A DNA stretch of 64,000 nucleotides. Origin: Eledone cirrhosa (taxonomy: Eukaryota). The DNA lies in NCBI GenBank assembly GCA_964016885.1, contig OZ024762.1:25606001-25670000 (forward strand), read 5' to 3'. Both the position numbers and the translations under genes were made by a program. A model generated the notes under the pieces. The model was not told where the DNA came from and did not search any database. It worked only from the letters and a program-made list of their open reading frames with translations. Below are positions 26,366-43,308 of this stretch, in pieces (position 1 is the first letter of the stretch; each line of letters opens with the position of its first letter).

Positions 26366-28709
26366 CCCAAATAAAAATAAAATAAAGTATTACATCGGTA
26401 GTAGCATATAAATTATATGTTAACTAAAATAAAAATTATATATTTATTTCAATAGTATATGTTAATTAGTATATGTTAATTAGGTATACAATACATAAAG
26501 CAGATATTGTATTTCATCAATAGCATAATATAATTATATGCAAATAGAAATCAAAATTAATACGCATACATATACATATACATACACATACACATATACA
26601 TACATATACACACATATATATATATATATATATATACATATATACACATATATACATACATACAGATACACATACACACACACACATACACATACACATA
26701 TACATATACATATTTTTTTCAAAAAATTGCACAGAATATATTAACTAGGTATATATCCAAAACACATCCCATTCTATGATTACATGACATTCTGCAATTC
26801 GTCTGTATAATGATACTAATTTTAAGCAAATTAAAATTAAAATTTTTAGGTTGATTAAAACTAAAACCAAATAATAAATATATTTCCAAAATGTATATTA
26901 ATTAGGTCTATAATACTAAAAATTATTTCTCTGTCATTGGATACACGATATTATTTTGTTATATTTTATCTGTAAAAGAGTTATAATAAAAGGTTTAAAT
27001 AAATTAAAATTAATCTATAAATTAAATTACTAAGTATATATTAGTAATATTTAAAGGTTTTTCACAATTTATGATTACATAATATTTTATATTCTCATCT
27101 GTAATAAAATGTTAATTAGATTAAATTTATAGGTTAACTGACATTTAAATTAAATTAATTTCTAGAATAATGTTATTAATTAGGTTTATAATATTTAAAT
27201 GTTTTTTTTAGTTTATGATTACACGATATAATTAATTCCTGTCGTTTATTTAATAAGATATCCTTAGACTTCATTATTTCAAATAGTTCTTGGGAACATA
27301 ATCTACATTCCTTTCTATTATTTTGATAAGGGGTGGCTCTTTTGAGCACACTCCAGGTCAAATCATATTTTATATTCTTATTTTTATAACTATTGATTTT
27401 TTCTGCTAGAGATGTTGTATTAGCCAGTGCGGCATTTTTAAAACTATGCTTGTGGGTATTAAACCTTGTCTTAAAATTGTTAGAGGTAGCTCCTATATAT
27501 GAGCAAATAGAATCTTTAGTTTTAACATTACATTTATAGACTATGTTGTTAACAAGACAATTCCCTTTTAATGGGCAGTTTGCTTTGTTTCTACAGTTAC
27601 ATCCTTTCGTTAATTCTGTATTTGAGGAGATATTATGGTTAATTTGATGTACTGGTGGTATACTTATGGTTTTCTTACATTTATATGCATTATATGCACT
27701 TATATTTTGTTTTATGTTATTTGTTGTAGAGTATGAGAATTTAACTGTAGACCTATTTAAGATTTGATGGTATTTGTGGTTTGGCGGGAAGTTTTTCTCA
27801 AGGATATAAAAAAATTTTTTAGCAATATTATCCTTAACTTGTAAATTAAAAGGAGCATTATACCAAGTAACTCGTCTATTACGGTTTCTATGTTGTTTAT
27901 TATTTTTATTATTTTTATAGGTTGTATCGTGATTTTTACTAGGAGGATTAATGTTAATGATCTCACCACAACTATTTTTAGTTATATTTGTAGATTTAGG
28001 TGTTTTATCTTTTTTATTAGGAGTTTTATTATTAATATTTATTATAGTTGTATGATGAGTAGTTTTTTGAGGGTTACTATACTTTATATTAGAAGATTTA
28101 GTATTTTGGGGTATATTGTGGGTGGCATTTAGGTGTGTACTTTTCATTTGGTGTTTGTTGGTAATATTATGCTGTATGCTTTCAGTATTTTTAGTAGAAG
28201 GTATATACTCTAATCTATTTTTGTGGCCACTTCTATCTAGAGCTTCATTATAAAAGGTCGCATTTTTATCAAATACATCTTGGTTAGAAGAAAGGTTAGA
28301 AATTCTAAGTGATATATTATATGCAAGGTTTTTAAGGATAGATTTAGGGTGATTAGATTGTGAGTGTATGTAATGTAAGTTTTGGTTAGGTTTATGGTAA
28401 GGTTGGTATATACCCGTAGCTAAATCTAAAGTTATATCTAGGAAATTTACTACTTTACTTGTTTTTTCAAAAGTAATATTAAGATTATAATAGTCTTTAA
28501 GGAAAGTTCTAATATGTTTTTTGTTTTTTTCGATTCTGAAAGGCTAAGGTTGTTAGAAAGAAGAAGACAGTCATCACGATATAAACCACCTTTGAGGTGG
28601 GGAAAAGAGGCATTTATGTTGAAAAGGAGAAAGAGGCCCACAAGATCAGTAATTTGGGCGGAATCGCTTGAACCCATAGTAATATCAAAAAGATTACTGT
28701 ATGTGTTTC
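26366..28709 (-). mobile_element. Inverted duplicate of PLE 28742-31086
   Basis: Near-perfect reverse complement; a 1-nt indel near 28533 breaks the ORF. Confidence 0.9.
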
Positions 28710-28773
28710 ACTTATTGAATTTCAGAATGAATACTGGACCAGAAACACATACAGTAATCTTTTTGATATTACT

Positions 28774-30276
28774 ATGGGTTCAAGCGATTCCGCCCAAATT
28801 ACTGATCTTGTGGGCCTCTTTCTCCTTTTCAACATAAATGCCTCTTTTCCCCACCTCAAAGGTGGTTTATATCGTGATGACTGTCTTCTTCTTTCTAACA
28901 ACCTTAGCCTTTCAGAAATCGAAAAAAACAAAAAACATATTAGAACTTTCCTTAAAGACTATTATAATCTTAATATTACTTTTGAAAAAACAAGTAAAGT
29001 AGTAAATTTCCTAGATATAACTTTAGATTTAGCTACGGGTATATACCAACCTTACCATAAACCTAACCAAAACTTACATTACATACACTCACAATCTAAT
29101 CACCCTAAATCTATCCTTAAAAACCTTGCATATAATATATCACTTAGAATTTCTAACCTTTCTTCTAACCAAGATGTATTTGATAAAAATGCGACCTTTT
29201 ATAATGAAGCTCTAGATAGAAGTGGCCACAAAAATAGATTAGAGTATATACCTTCTACTAAAAATACTGAAAGCATACAGCATAATATTACCAACAAACA
29301 CCAAATGAAAAGTACACACCTAAATGCCACCCACAATATACCCCAAAATACTAAATCTTCTAATATAAAGTATAGTAACCCTCAAAAAACTACTCATCAT
29401 ACAACTATAATAAATATTAATAATAAAACTCCTAATAAAAAAGATAAAACACCTAAATCTACAAATATAACTAAAAATAGTTGTGGTGAGATCATTAACA
29501 TTAATCCTCCTAGTAAAAATCACGATACAACCTATAAAAATAATAAAAATAATAAACAACATAGAAACCGTAATAGACGAGTTACTTGGTATAATGCTCC
29601 TTTTAATTTACAAGTTAAGGATAATATTGCTAAAAAATTTTTTTATATCCTTGAGAAAAACTTCCCGCCAAACCACAAATACCATCAAATCTTAAATAGG
29701 TCTACAGTTAAATTCTCATACTCTACAACAAATAACATAAAACAAAATATAAGTGCATATAATGCATATAAATGTAAGAAAACCATAAGTATACCACCAG
29801 TACATCAAATTAACCATAATATCTCCTCAAATACAGAATTAACGAAAGGATGTAACTGTAGAAACAAAGCAAACTGCCCATTAAAAGGGAATTGTCTTGT
29901 TAACAACATAGTCTATAAATGTAATGTTAAAACTAAAGATTCTATTTGCTCATATATAGGAGCTACCTCTAACAATTTTAAGACAAGGTTTAATACCCAC
30001 AAGCATAGTTTTAAAAATGCCGCACTGGCTAATACAACATCTCTAGCAGAAAAAATCAATAGTTATAAAAATAAGAATATAAAATATGATTTGACCTGGA
30101 GTGTGCTCAAAAGAGCCACCCCTTATCAAAATAATAGAAAGGAATGTAGATTATGTTCCCAAGAACTATTTGAAATAATGAAGTCTAAGGATATCTTATT
30201 AAATAAACGACAGGAATTAATTATATCGTGTAATCATAAACTAAAAAAAACATTTAAATATTATAAACCTAATTAA
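28774..30276 (+). CDS. PLE RT C-terminal half plus GIY-YIG endonuclease (open, 5'-truncated)
   Basis: MGSSDSAQITDLVG, GGLYRDD, FLDI, SNHP, WYNAPF, CNCRNKANCPLKGNC, VYKC..YIGATS..FKTRF..H, CRLC. Confidence 0.9.
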   Translation: MGSSDSAQITDLVGLFLLFNINASFPHLKGGLYRDDCLLLSNNLSLSEIEKNKKHIRTFLKDYYNLNITFEKTSKVVNFLDITLDLATGIYQPYHKPNQNLHYIHSQSNHPKSILKNLAYNISLRISNLSSNQDVFDKNATFYNEALDRSGHKNRLEYIPSTKNTESIQHNITNKHQMKSTHLNATHNIPQNTKSSNIKYSNPQKTTHHTTIININNKTPNKKDKTPKSTNITKNSCGEIININPPSKNHDTTYKNNKNNKQHRNRNRRVTWYNAPFNLQVKDNIAKKFFYILEKNFPPNHKYHQILNRSTVKFSYSTTNNIKQNISAYNAYKCKKTISIPPVHQINHNISSNTELTKGCNCRNKANCPLKGNCLVNNIVYKCNVKTKDSICSYIGATSNNFKTRFNTHKHSFKNAALANTTSLAEKINSYKNKNIKYDLTWSVLKRATPYQNNRKECRLCSQELFEIMKSKDILLNKRQELIISCNHKLKKTFKYYKPN

Positions 30277-31981
30277 TAACATTATTCTAGAAATTAATTT
30301 AATTTAAATGTCAGTTAACCTATAAATTTAATCTAATTAACATTTTATTACAGATGAGAATATAAAATATTATGTAATCATAAATTGTGAAAAACCTTTA
30401 AATATTACTAATATATACTTAGTAATTTAATTTATAGATTAATTTTAATTTATTTAAACCTTTTATTATAACTCTTTTACAGATAAAATATAACAAAATA
30501 ATATCGTGTATCCAATGACAGAGAAATAATTTTTAGTATTATAGACCTAATTAATATACATTTTGGAAATATATTTATTATTTGGTTTTAGTTTTAATCA
30601 ACCTAAAAATTTTAATTTTAATTTGCTTAAAATTAGTATCATTATACAGACGAATTGCAGAATGTCATGTAATCATAGAATGGGATGTGTTTTGGATATA
30701 TACCTAGTTAATATATTCTGTGCAATTTTTTGAAAAAAATATGTATATGTATATGTGTATGTGTATGTGTGTGTGTGTATGTGTATCTGTATGTATGTAT
30801 ATATGTGTATATATGTATATATATATATATATATATATGTGTGTATATGTATGTATATGTGTATGTGTATGTATATGTATATGTATGCGTATTAATTTTG
30901 ATTTCTATTTGCATATAATTATATTATGCTATTGATGAAATACAATATCTGCTTTATGTATTGTATACCTAATTAACATATACTAATTAACATATACTAT
31001 TGAAATAAATATATAATTTTTATTTTAGTTAACATATAATTTATATGCTACTACCGATGTAATACTTTATTTTATTTTTATTTGGGTTTCTTTTCCCTAT
31101 TACTAAATTCATTTCCTAATATTGATACCATAACGTTATTAACTTTAATTTAGTTATACTGTAATTAATAATCTACTACTGTTTGACTTCAAAATTCTGC
31201 TTCAAATATTATAAACCTAACTAATTTACACCTTAGAAATCAATATGTTGACTATCTTTGGTTTAGTTAACATATGATTAATGGTATACTTATTTATTTT
31301 GAGATGCATAGATTTTGCCTTAGTTCTTGTTTGTCGTATTTCCTAGCACTGAAAATATGTAAGAACATACATTGAATAAAGATACGGAAAATATTATATG
31401 TTTCTTGAAACATATATTTACTTTGATCCCCTTCTCCAAACCCCCCCTTTCCCCCATACTATTATCATCTGTATTTGTAAGCGTCTATGTATGAATATAT
31501 ATGTAGGTAGGTGTCTATATAGGTTTGGGTATTTATATCTAAATATAAAAATACATATATGCGCATGCAAATATGAATGTAAGATTGCGTGTGTATATAT
31601 GAGTGTACATATGTATGTATATATATGTATATATATGCATTATATATGTATGTGTATGTGAATGTGTTGTATGTATATGTGTATGTATGTGTATATATGT
31701 GTATGTATGTGTATGCTTGTATATATAGGAATATATATATATGTATATATATATATATGTATATGTATATGCGTGTGTATGTATGTATGTGTATGTGTGT
31801 TGTATATATATATGTATGTCTCTCTATTTATATGTTTATCTTCGTATCTATGTGATATATGTGTGTGTATGTGCACGTATGCATATGTATGTGTTTGTGT
31901 GTGTTTGTATGTGTGTGTGTATATATGTGTATGTGCGCACACACACATACACATATATATATGTGAGTGTGTATGTGTGTC

Positions 31982-32035
<54 letters not shown>

Positions 32036-32147
32036 GAGATATATATATATATATATATAGGTGTCTATGTGTGAATATATGTCTTTATTCGTATGTGTGT
32101 ATTTATGTATGTATATGTTTATGTGTATGTATGTATGTGTATGTATG

Positions 32148-32186
<39 letters not shown>

Positions 32187-32495
32187 GTACATATATATAT
32201 GTATATTATTCTTTATTATTATAATATAACTTATGTGTATATGTGTATAAGTGAGGTTGTGTATGTGTATATAATATGTGTATATATAAGTGTAAAAAAA
32301 TATATATATATATATGTGCATGTCTGTTTTTTATGTGTGTGTATATATATATATATATGTATATATATACGTGTGTATATATATATATATATATATATGT
32401 GGGTGTTTGTATGTGTATTTATGGTGGTATGAGTGTGTGGATATATATGTTTATATATATATATATATATATATATGTATGAGTGTATGTGTGTG

Positions 32496-32526
<31 letters not shown>

Positions 32527-32839
32527 GTATATATATGTATATATATATATATGTGTATGTATGTGTGTATATATATATATATCTCTATTAATGCGTGTGT
32601 GTATGTATATACATATGCCTTTTTATTATTATTTTTATTTGTATGTCTGAGTTAGGTGAGGTTGTAGTGTTTTTTATGTATATACGCATATATGGAAGCG
32701 TATGTATTTATATATATGAGTATAAGTAGGTGCATATGTATGTATGATTATATATCTAATTCTATGTATGAATGTACATCTATATATATATATATATATA
32801 TGTGTATGTAAGTTGTGTGTGTATGTATCTATATGTCTA

Positions 32840-32896
<57 letters not shown>

Positions 32897-32975
32897 CGAT
32901 GTGCGTATATGTATGTACATGTATGTACATGTATGTGTGTATGTATGTGTATGTATATTTAGATGTATGTGTATG

Positions 32976-33016
<41 letters not shown>

Positions 33017-33838
33017 ATATATATATGGATATATATCTTTATTATTTATTTTTTATATATATGTGTATGTGTGTATGTGTTGCGTGTATGTGTGTGTGTA
33101 TATATATATCTTTATATATGTGTATGTGTATGTTCGTGTAAGTGTATGTGTGTGTATGACTGTATATGTATGTGTGTATGTGTGTATGCGTAAATATTTC
33201 TATGTGCGCGTACATGTATATATGTGTATATATCTGTATGTGTATGTATATTATATTATATTTATTATATTTTATTGTTTTATTTTTTTATTTTTCTTAA
33301 TTTATAGATACATTTATATTAGGCAGTCTGCTCAGACAATTGAATACTGACCCCTTCCCCCCCCCCCCTCCCACCTAATTTCTGTATCTTGATCTTGAAA
33401 TGTGTGTGCCAGTGTTTTATGTGAGTGATTTAATATCTATGTGCTTATGATTTTATATCCACATATATAAATGTGAGTGGGGATGTGTGTGTGTTTGTAC
33501 GTTCGTGGTTATGTGTATATTTATGCATATACGCGCGTGTATGTGTGATTGTACTGATATGTGTGAGTATGAAAAAATATATTTTATATGCTTGACTCCA
33601 TAAGTATCAATGCGCATCTTATCAGCGCATTTTAAGCTTACAGAGATATTAACCTTGAAATTTTGTGTTTGCATCCATCTTTTTAGTATGCGTATACAAG
33701 TTATACATACATTTTTGTAAAATATGTGTAAGGATTTTACATGTATATACACACACCGAACTGCTTTTAGCCCTTTGTGTTTTCATTGGTCAATTTTGAA
33801 CTGAAATTTTGAATTGTTGTTATTATCAATAAATATAC

Positions 33839-33993
33839 TTCATTATTTCTGAAGACGGCGTATATATGTGTTAGGTATGTATATTTAATCTTGATAATTT
33901 GTATAATTTTGTATAATTTTGTACATAGATCTGTTGAATATGCATACCAATTATAACACATATATGCCCTAGAAACGATCGTTAAATAATGAA
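33839..33993 (+). ncRNA. Type I hammerhead with ~115-nt stem II
   Basis: Perfect 10-bp stem I TTCATTATTT/AAATAATGAA; CTGAAGA 33849-33855; GAAA 33972-33975; CGATCG-TT. Confidence 0.75.
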
Positions 33994-34181
33994 CTTTTTT
34001 TGTTTAATATAAGGAATTGTTTATTCATTATTTGTTTAATATTTTATCTTGACTCTGTATACCGTTTATCTTTCACCGAAAGTGGTTTTTCATTACATCT
34101 CTTCTTTCCATGATATCCGGAATACATTGAGTTCTTCATACGGATTGGACACTACCGTAAACTCTTGGTAGATTTATCTAC

Positions 34182-37570
<3,389 letters not shown>

Positions 37571-37720
37571 ATCTATCACTCTCCGTTTGTAATCTTCCCT
37601 ATTCTTCGACATAGTGTGATAGTTTCTATTTAACCATGGCCAAGCATATCTTAACAGAATCACCAATAATATAAGGAAGACTGGAAGGGTAATAAAAATA
37701 ACAATAACACCAACAATTAA

Positions 37721-37763
<43 letters not shown>

Positions 37764-37885
37764 GACACAAAACGAACGCCTTGCAAGAATCAAAACAAAC
37801 TTAAACAAATAATAAATAATAACAAACTAAATATATAAATTAAAACGTACATACATAGAAACTAAGGAGGAAAAACGAATAATGA

Positions 37886-37916
<31 letters not shown>

Positions 37917-38111
37917 CACAACCACCACCACCACAACAACAACAACAACAGCAGCAATGTGATCGGCAGATGAAAAACAACGAAAATGTTATTGAAATAC
38001 ACTTTCAATAACATTTCTAGAGTAAAATCATGAGAAAGAGGAGGAGAGAGAGAGGGGGAGAGAGAGATGAAGAGAGAGGGAGCGGAATTGAGACAAAGAG
38101 AACGAATGGGC

Positions 38112-38147
<36 letters not shown>

Positions 38148-38349
38148 TGCAAATGTATATAAAGACTATAGATTGAGAGAAAAGATAGTGAGTGCGATAA
38201 GGGGTAGAGGGGAGGAAAACCAGACTGAGTGAAGGAGGAGGGGTGGTGTTGGCGAGAATCAGATTATTAGTGAGAGAGAAATAGTATGTTGGAGATGGAG
38301 GTAGAGAGTAATCGAGAAAGAGTGTTAGAGATTTGAAGAGACATGGAAA

Positions 38350-38638
38350 GTGAGAGGAGGAGCGTGAGAGCTCCCGAGAGCGTGAAAGAGAGGGAATATA
38401 AGAAAACTGGAGCGCGAGTGAGAGCGTGAGAAAGAGTGAGAGTAAGAGTATGAGAGAGTGAGAGTAAGAGTATGAAAGATGGAGAGAGAGAGAGAGAGAG
38501 AGGGGGGGAGAGAGAAGAATTAGATGGTTTTCAGGAGAGACACCGTTTATAGACTGGAGCAGTCTTTGCCCGTGAGAGAGAGAGAGAGAGGAGGGAGTAA
38601 GAGAGAGAGAGAGGAGGGAGTAAGAGAGCGAGAGAGCT

Positions 38639-38685
<47 letters not shown>

Positions 38686-39850
38686 AGAAAGCGTGTGAGA
38701 CAGAGAGAGGAATTAATTGGTTTGGAGAGAAAATACCGTTATAGAGTGAAGCAATATTTGGACGGAGTGAGAGAGCTGGAGTGAGCGACAGCGTACGTGA
38801 GAGAGAGAGAGAGTGGGAGAGCGTGAGAGCTAGAGAGAACGAGCGACAGAGAGTGTGTGAGAGAAAGAGAGGGCGTGAGAGCTAGTGAGTGAGAGGGAGT
38901 GACAGAGTATGTGAGAGCGAGATGGACGACAGAGAGTGTGAGAGAGAGGGGGAATTGGTCGGGTTTGAGGAGAAACACCGTTTATAGACTGGAACAATAT
39001 TTGGACGGAGTGTAAGAGTGCTAGAGTGAGTGACATAGTACGTGGGAGCGTGAGAGAGAGGGGGAGCGTGAGGGCTAGAGAGCGAGCGACGGTGAGTGTG
39101 AGTGAAAGGGGAGAGAGAGAGAGAGACAGAGAGAGGGAGAAAGAGGAAATAGCAACAGAGCGTGAGAGCTAGAGAGAGAGAGCGACAGAGTGTGTGTGAG
39201 AGAAAGGAAGAACGTGAGAGGTAGAGGGAACGACAAAGAGTGTAAGAGAGAAAGGGAGAAGGTGCGAGCGAGGGAGAGCGAGAGAGAGCGACGGAGAGTG
39301 TGTGAGAGGGAGAGAAATTAATAGGTTTTGAGGAGAAACACCGTTTATGGACTGGAGCATTATTCCAATGGAGTGTGAGAGGGATAGAGTCAGCAACAGA
39401 TTGTGTGAGAGCTAGAGAGAGAGTGAGAACGTGAGAGATAGAGAGGACGACAGAAAGCGTGAGAGCTTGAGAGAGAGTGAGAACGTGAGAGATAGAGAGG
39501 GACGACAGAGAGTGTGAGAGCTAGAAAGAGAACGACAGAGAGCGTGAGAGCTAGAGAGAGCGATAGAGAGCGTGAGAGCTAGAGAGAGCGACAGAGAGTG
39601 TCAGAGAGAGAGGAATTAGTCGGTTTTGAGGAGAGACACCGTTTATCGACTGGAGCAATATTCGGATGGAGTGTGAGAGAGATGGAGTGGGCAACAGATA
39701 GCTTGAGAGTTAGCAAGAGAGTGAGAACGTGAGAGCTAGAGAGAGCAACAGAGACCGTGAGAGCTAGAAAGAGACCGACAGAGAGTGTCAGGGAGAAGAA
39801 TTAGTCGAAGAAACACCGTTTATAGACTGGAGGAGCAATATCTGGTGTTG
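38350..39850. repeat. GA-rich satellite with a recurring ~60-nt unit
   Basis: AATT..GGTTTTGAGGAGAAACACCGTTTATAGACTGGAGCAATA at ~38517, 38710, 38952, 39315, 39612 and 39798. Confidence 0.8.
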
Positions 39851-39915
39851 GCTAATAATAATGTAAGAGTTAGGGACGACTTATCGGAATGGGAAAAGGA
39901 TACACACATACTTGG

Positions 39916-39917
<2 letters not shown>

Positions 39918-39963
<46 letters not shown>

Positions 39964-39992
39964 ACATATATATATACATATATATATATATA

Positions 39993-40029
<37 letters not shown>

Positions 40030-40031
40030 AC

Positions 40032-40065
<34 letters not shown>

Positions 40066-40091
40066 GTACATATATATATATATATGTGTAC

Positions 40092-40133
<42 letters not shown>

Positions 40134-40137
40134 GTAC

Positions 40138-40207
<70 letters not shown>

Positions 40208-40413
40208 GTACACACATATATATATATATATATATATGTACACACATATATATATATATATATACGTACACACATATATATATATATATATTTACACATA
40301 TATATATATATATATATATATTTACACATATATATATATATATATATTTACACATATATGTATATATTTATATATATTTATATATATATATATATATATA
40401 CACATGCATACAT

Positions 40414-40468
<55 letters not shown>

Positions 40469-40542
40469 AATATATATATATATATATATAGTTAGATATG
40501 TAAGTACATGTATATGTATATATAAATATATATGCACGTATG

Positions 40543-40586
<44 letters not shown>

Positions 40587-40619
40587 TGTACGTATGTATG
40601 TATGTATTTATATATATAT

Positions 40620-40654
<35 letters not shown>

Positions 40655-40674
40655 AATATATATATATGTGTATG

Positions 40675-40761
<87 letters not shown>

Positions 40762-41283
40762 GTATGTATGTATGTACGTATGTATGTATGTATGTGTATA
40801 TATATGTCTCAAGCAAAACAAATTTGAACGAAAACGAAATGAGAAAATAGGTAAAATGAACGCAAATAAAATGAGATTATCGTATCGATATCTCGGAAAG
40901 AAGTGTATATATATATATATACACATATATATATATATATATATATATACACGTATACACACACACACATACTTATACATAGGCAGGCAAACACACACAC
41001 ATATATATACGTATATATATATATTGGCACATACAAATATATATGTATGTATGGTTAAATTGGAGTTTACCAATATATATATATATATATTATATATATA
41101 TTATATATATATATATATTATATATATATATATATTATATATATTATATATATATATATATATTATATATATATATATATTATATATATTATATATATAT
41201 TATATATATTATATATATATATTATATATATATATTATATATATATATATATTATATATATATATATATTATATATATATATA
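39918..41283. repeat. (TA)n-dominated microsatellite field
   Basis: Direct reading. Confidence 0.92.
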
Positions 41284-41782
41284 ATTAAAAAAAATACAAA
41301 ACCAATATAGGCAGCAGCAACAACAACACACCAACAGCAGCAGCAGCAGCAACAACAACAACAACAACAACCCCAGCAGCAACAACAACAACAGCAGCAA
41401 TAGAAAACAAAACTGTAAAAGGGGGAATATTGTAATAGAATCTCCAAGGAATGTCTCTTAAGTTGATTAGAAATAACTTGAAGACGAATAAAGAGAAAGG
41501 GGGGAGGATGGAGGGATGGTAGGAGGGAGAGGGGGAGAGGCGGAGAAGGAGGAGAGAAGGATAAGTGGAGAAGGAGGAAAGAGGGAGAGGATAGAAGGAG
41601 GGAGGTGGAGAAGGAGGAAGGAGAGAATGGTAGGAGGAAAGAGGGGGAGGAAAGAGGGAGAGAGAAGGGGAGAGTGGGGAAGGTAGGAGACAGAAGGGAG
41701 CAGTGAAAAAAAGAAAGGAAGGGTTAAGCTGCACCAAGATAAATTTTGACATTTTCCACTAGAATGATGCGTATATATATAG

Positions 41783-41823
<41 letters not shown>

Positions 41824-41858
41824 ATATATATATATACGAATGTAATATATATATATAT

Positions 41859-42130
41859 ATTATTCTTATTATGTAATAAACAACATAAGGCAATTATTCC
41901 ATTTACCAGTGGTTTCTTAAAAGCAAAAGGTTTTGCTTTCAATCCTCAGAATGAAAAAACCAGGATTTTTCATTCTGAGGATTGAAAGCAAAACCTTTTG
42001 ATTTTAAGAAACCACTGGTAAATGGAATAATTGCCTTATGTTGTTTATTACATAATAATAATAATTAAGCTCTGTTGCATACATAGAGCACTCTTTTTTC
42101 CTGGACTTTTCCGATGGAATTACTTCATTT
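41859..42130 (+). mobile_element. Fold-back mini-element with an HHR in each arm
   Basis: Inverted repeat ~41859-42065; TTCATT-CTGAGGA-..-GAAA-CCACTGG-TA-AATGGA at 41969-42026. Confidence 0.8.
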
Positions 42131-42198
42131 ATATATATATATATACGAATGTAATATATATATACACATATATATATATATGAATGTAATATATATAC

Positions 42199-42263
<65 letters not shown>

Positions 42264-42277
42264 TGTAATATATATAC

Positions 42278-42330
<53 letters not shown>

Positions 42331-42346
42331 TGTAATATATATATAC

Positions 42347-42395
<49 letters not shown>

Positions 42396-42454
42396 TGTAA
42401 TATATATACATATATATGAATGTAATATATATATATATATAAATATATGAATGT

Positions 42455-42528
<74 letters not shown>

Positions 42529-42588
42529 TGTAATATATATACATATATAGAATTCACATGAATGAAAGTTCTGTTCAAACCATTTATT

Positions 42589-42634
42589 AGCTTACAATTG
42601 TTTCGTCCAAACCGAGGTTTGGGGTCTTCGGAGC
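42589..42634 (-). ncRNA. Type I hammerhead with a core substitution
   Basis: GCT-CCGAAGA-C-CCCAAACC/GGTTTGG-AC-GAAA-CAATTG-TA-AGC. Confidence 0.6.
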
Positions 42635-42806
42635 AATTTTTCAATGATTATTTACATACATGACCTCCTTTCCAACACAAGAGACATACAGACACATATG
42701 TGTATATTGCTGCACAGTGGGGTGACATCTATTATAATATTTTTGCATATATAACTATTTAAAGTTTTAGTATATACATAACCATAAATAGTATCCTTAA
42801 TACTAT

Positions 42807-42837
<31 letters not shown>

Positions 42838-42874
42838 TATGAATGTTATATATATATATATATATATATATATA

Positions 42875-43025
42875 CGTTATTCCGGGTTGAATCGGAGGTA
42901 ACCACAGTAAGTAAGGTACTCAATACATAGCAGAGTATAACAGTTTTAATATAGATGAGATTCTACACGATGAGATTCCTGATGATTTCTAAAGAATGAA
43001 ACAGTTCTAGTCCTGTAAAATCTCA

Positions 43026-43030
<5 letters not shown>
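42875..43030. mobile_element. Family C fold-back with HHR at 42969-43027 (+)
   Basis: GATGAGATTC-CTGATGA-..-GAAA-CAG..CTG-TA-AAATCTCATC; tail homologous to 20897-20970. Confidence 0.78.
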
Positions 43031-43066
<36 letters not shown>

Positions 43067-43068
<2 letters not shown>

Positions 43069-43250
43069 CGAAGGAAATGTGGTAAGAAACCAGGTGGACC
43101 ATAACGCACCAAAGTACTCAATACTTAGGGTAGTAGTGTGGGTAATAGGAACAAGTAAGACCCCGACGGCTGAGCTCAAGCCGTTTCGACGGCTAATTCT
43201 GAATTAGCCGTCGAAACGGCTTGAGCTCAGCCGTCGGGGTCTTACTTGTT

Positions 43251-43255
<5 letters not shown>
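43067..43255 (-). mobile_element. Family B fold-back mini-element
   Basis: Homologous to 11770-11965; palindrome centred near 43200. Confidence 0.78.

Positions 43256-43308
<53 letters not shown>

Larger units (their letters stand above)
28710..34181 (+). mobile_element. 5'-truncated Hydra-clade-like PLE with ~3.9-kb TG-rich 3' region ending in an HHR
   Basis: ORF 28774-30276; HHR 33839-33993; ends at the 3.4-kb TA tract. The extent beyond 31086 is inferred. Confidence 0.75.

Noticed and set aside
38350-39850. CRISPR-like repeat-spacer appearance
   Set aside because: Eukaryotic context, low-complexity variable-length spacers, no cas genes.
41817-42540. Repeated GAATGTAAT units in TA runs as reiterated element ends
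   Set aside because: They occur on both sides of the inserted elements, so they are a pre-existing compound microsatellite.
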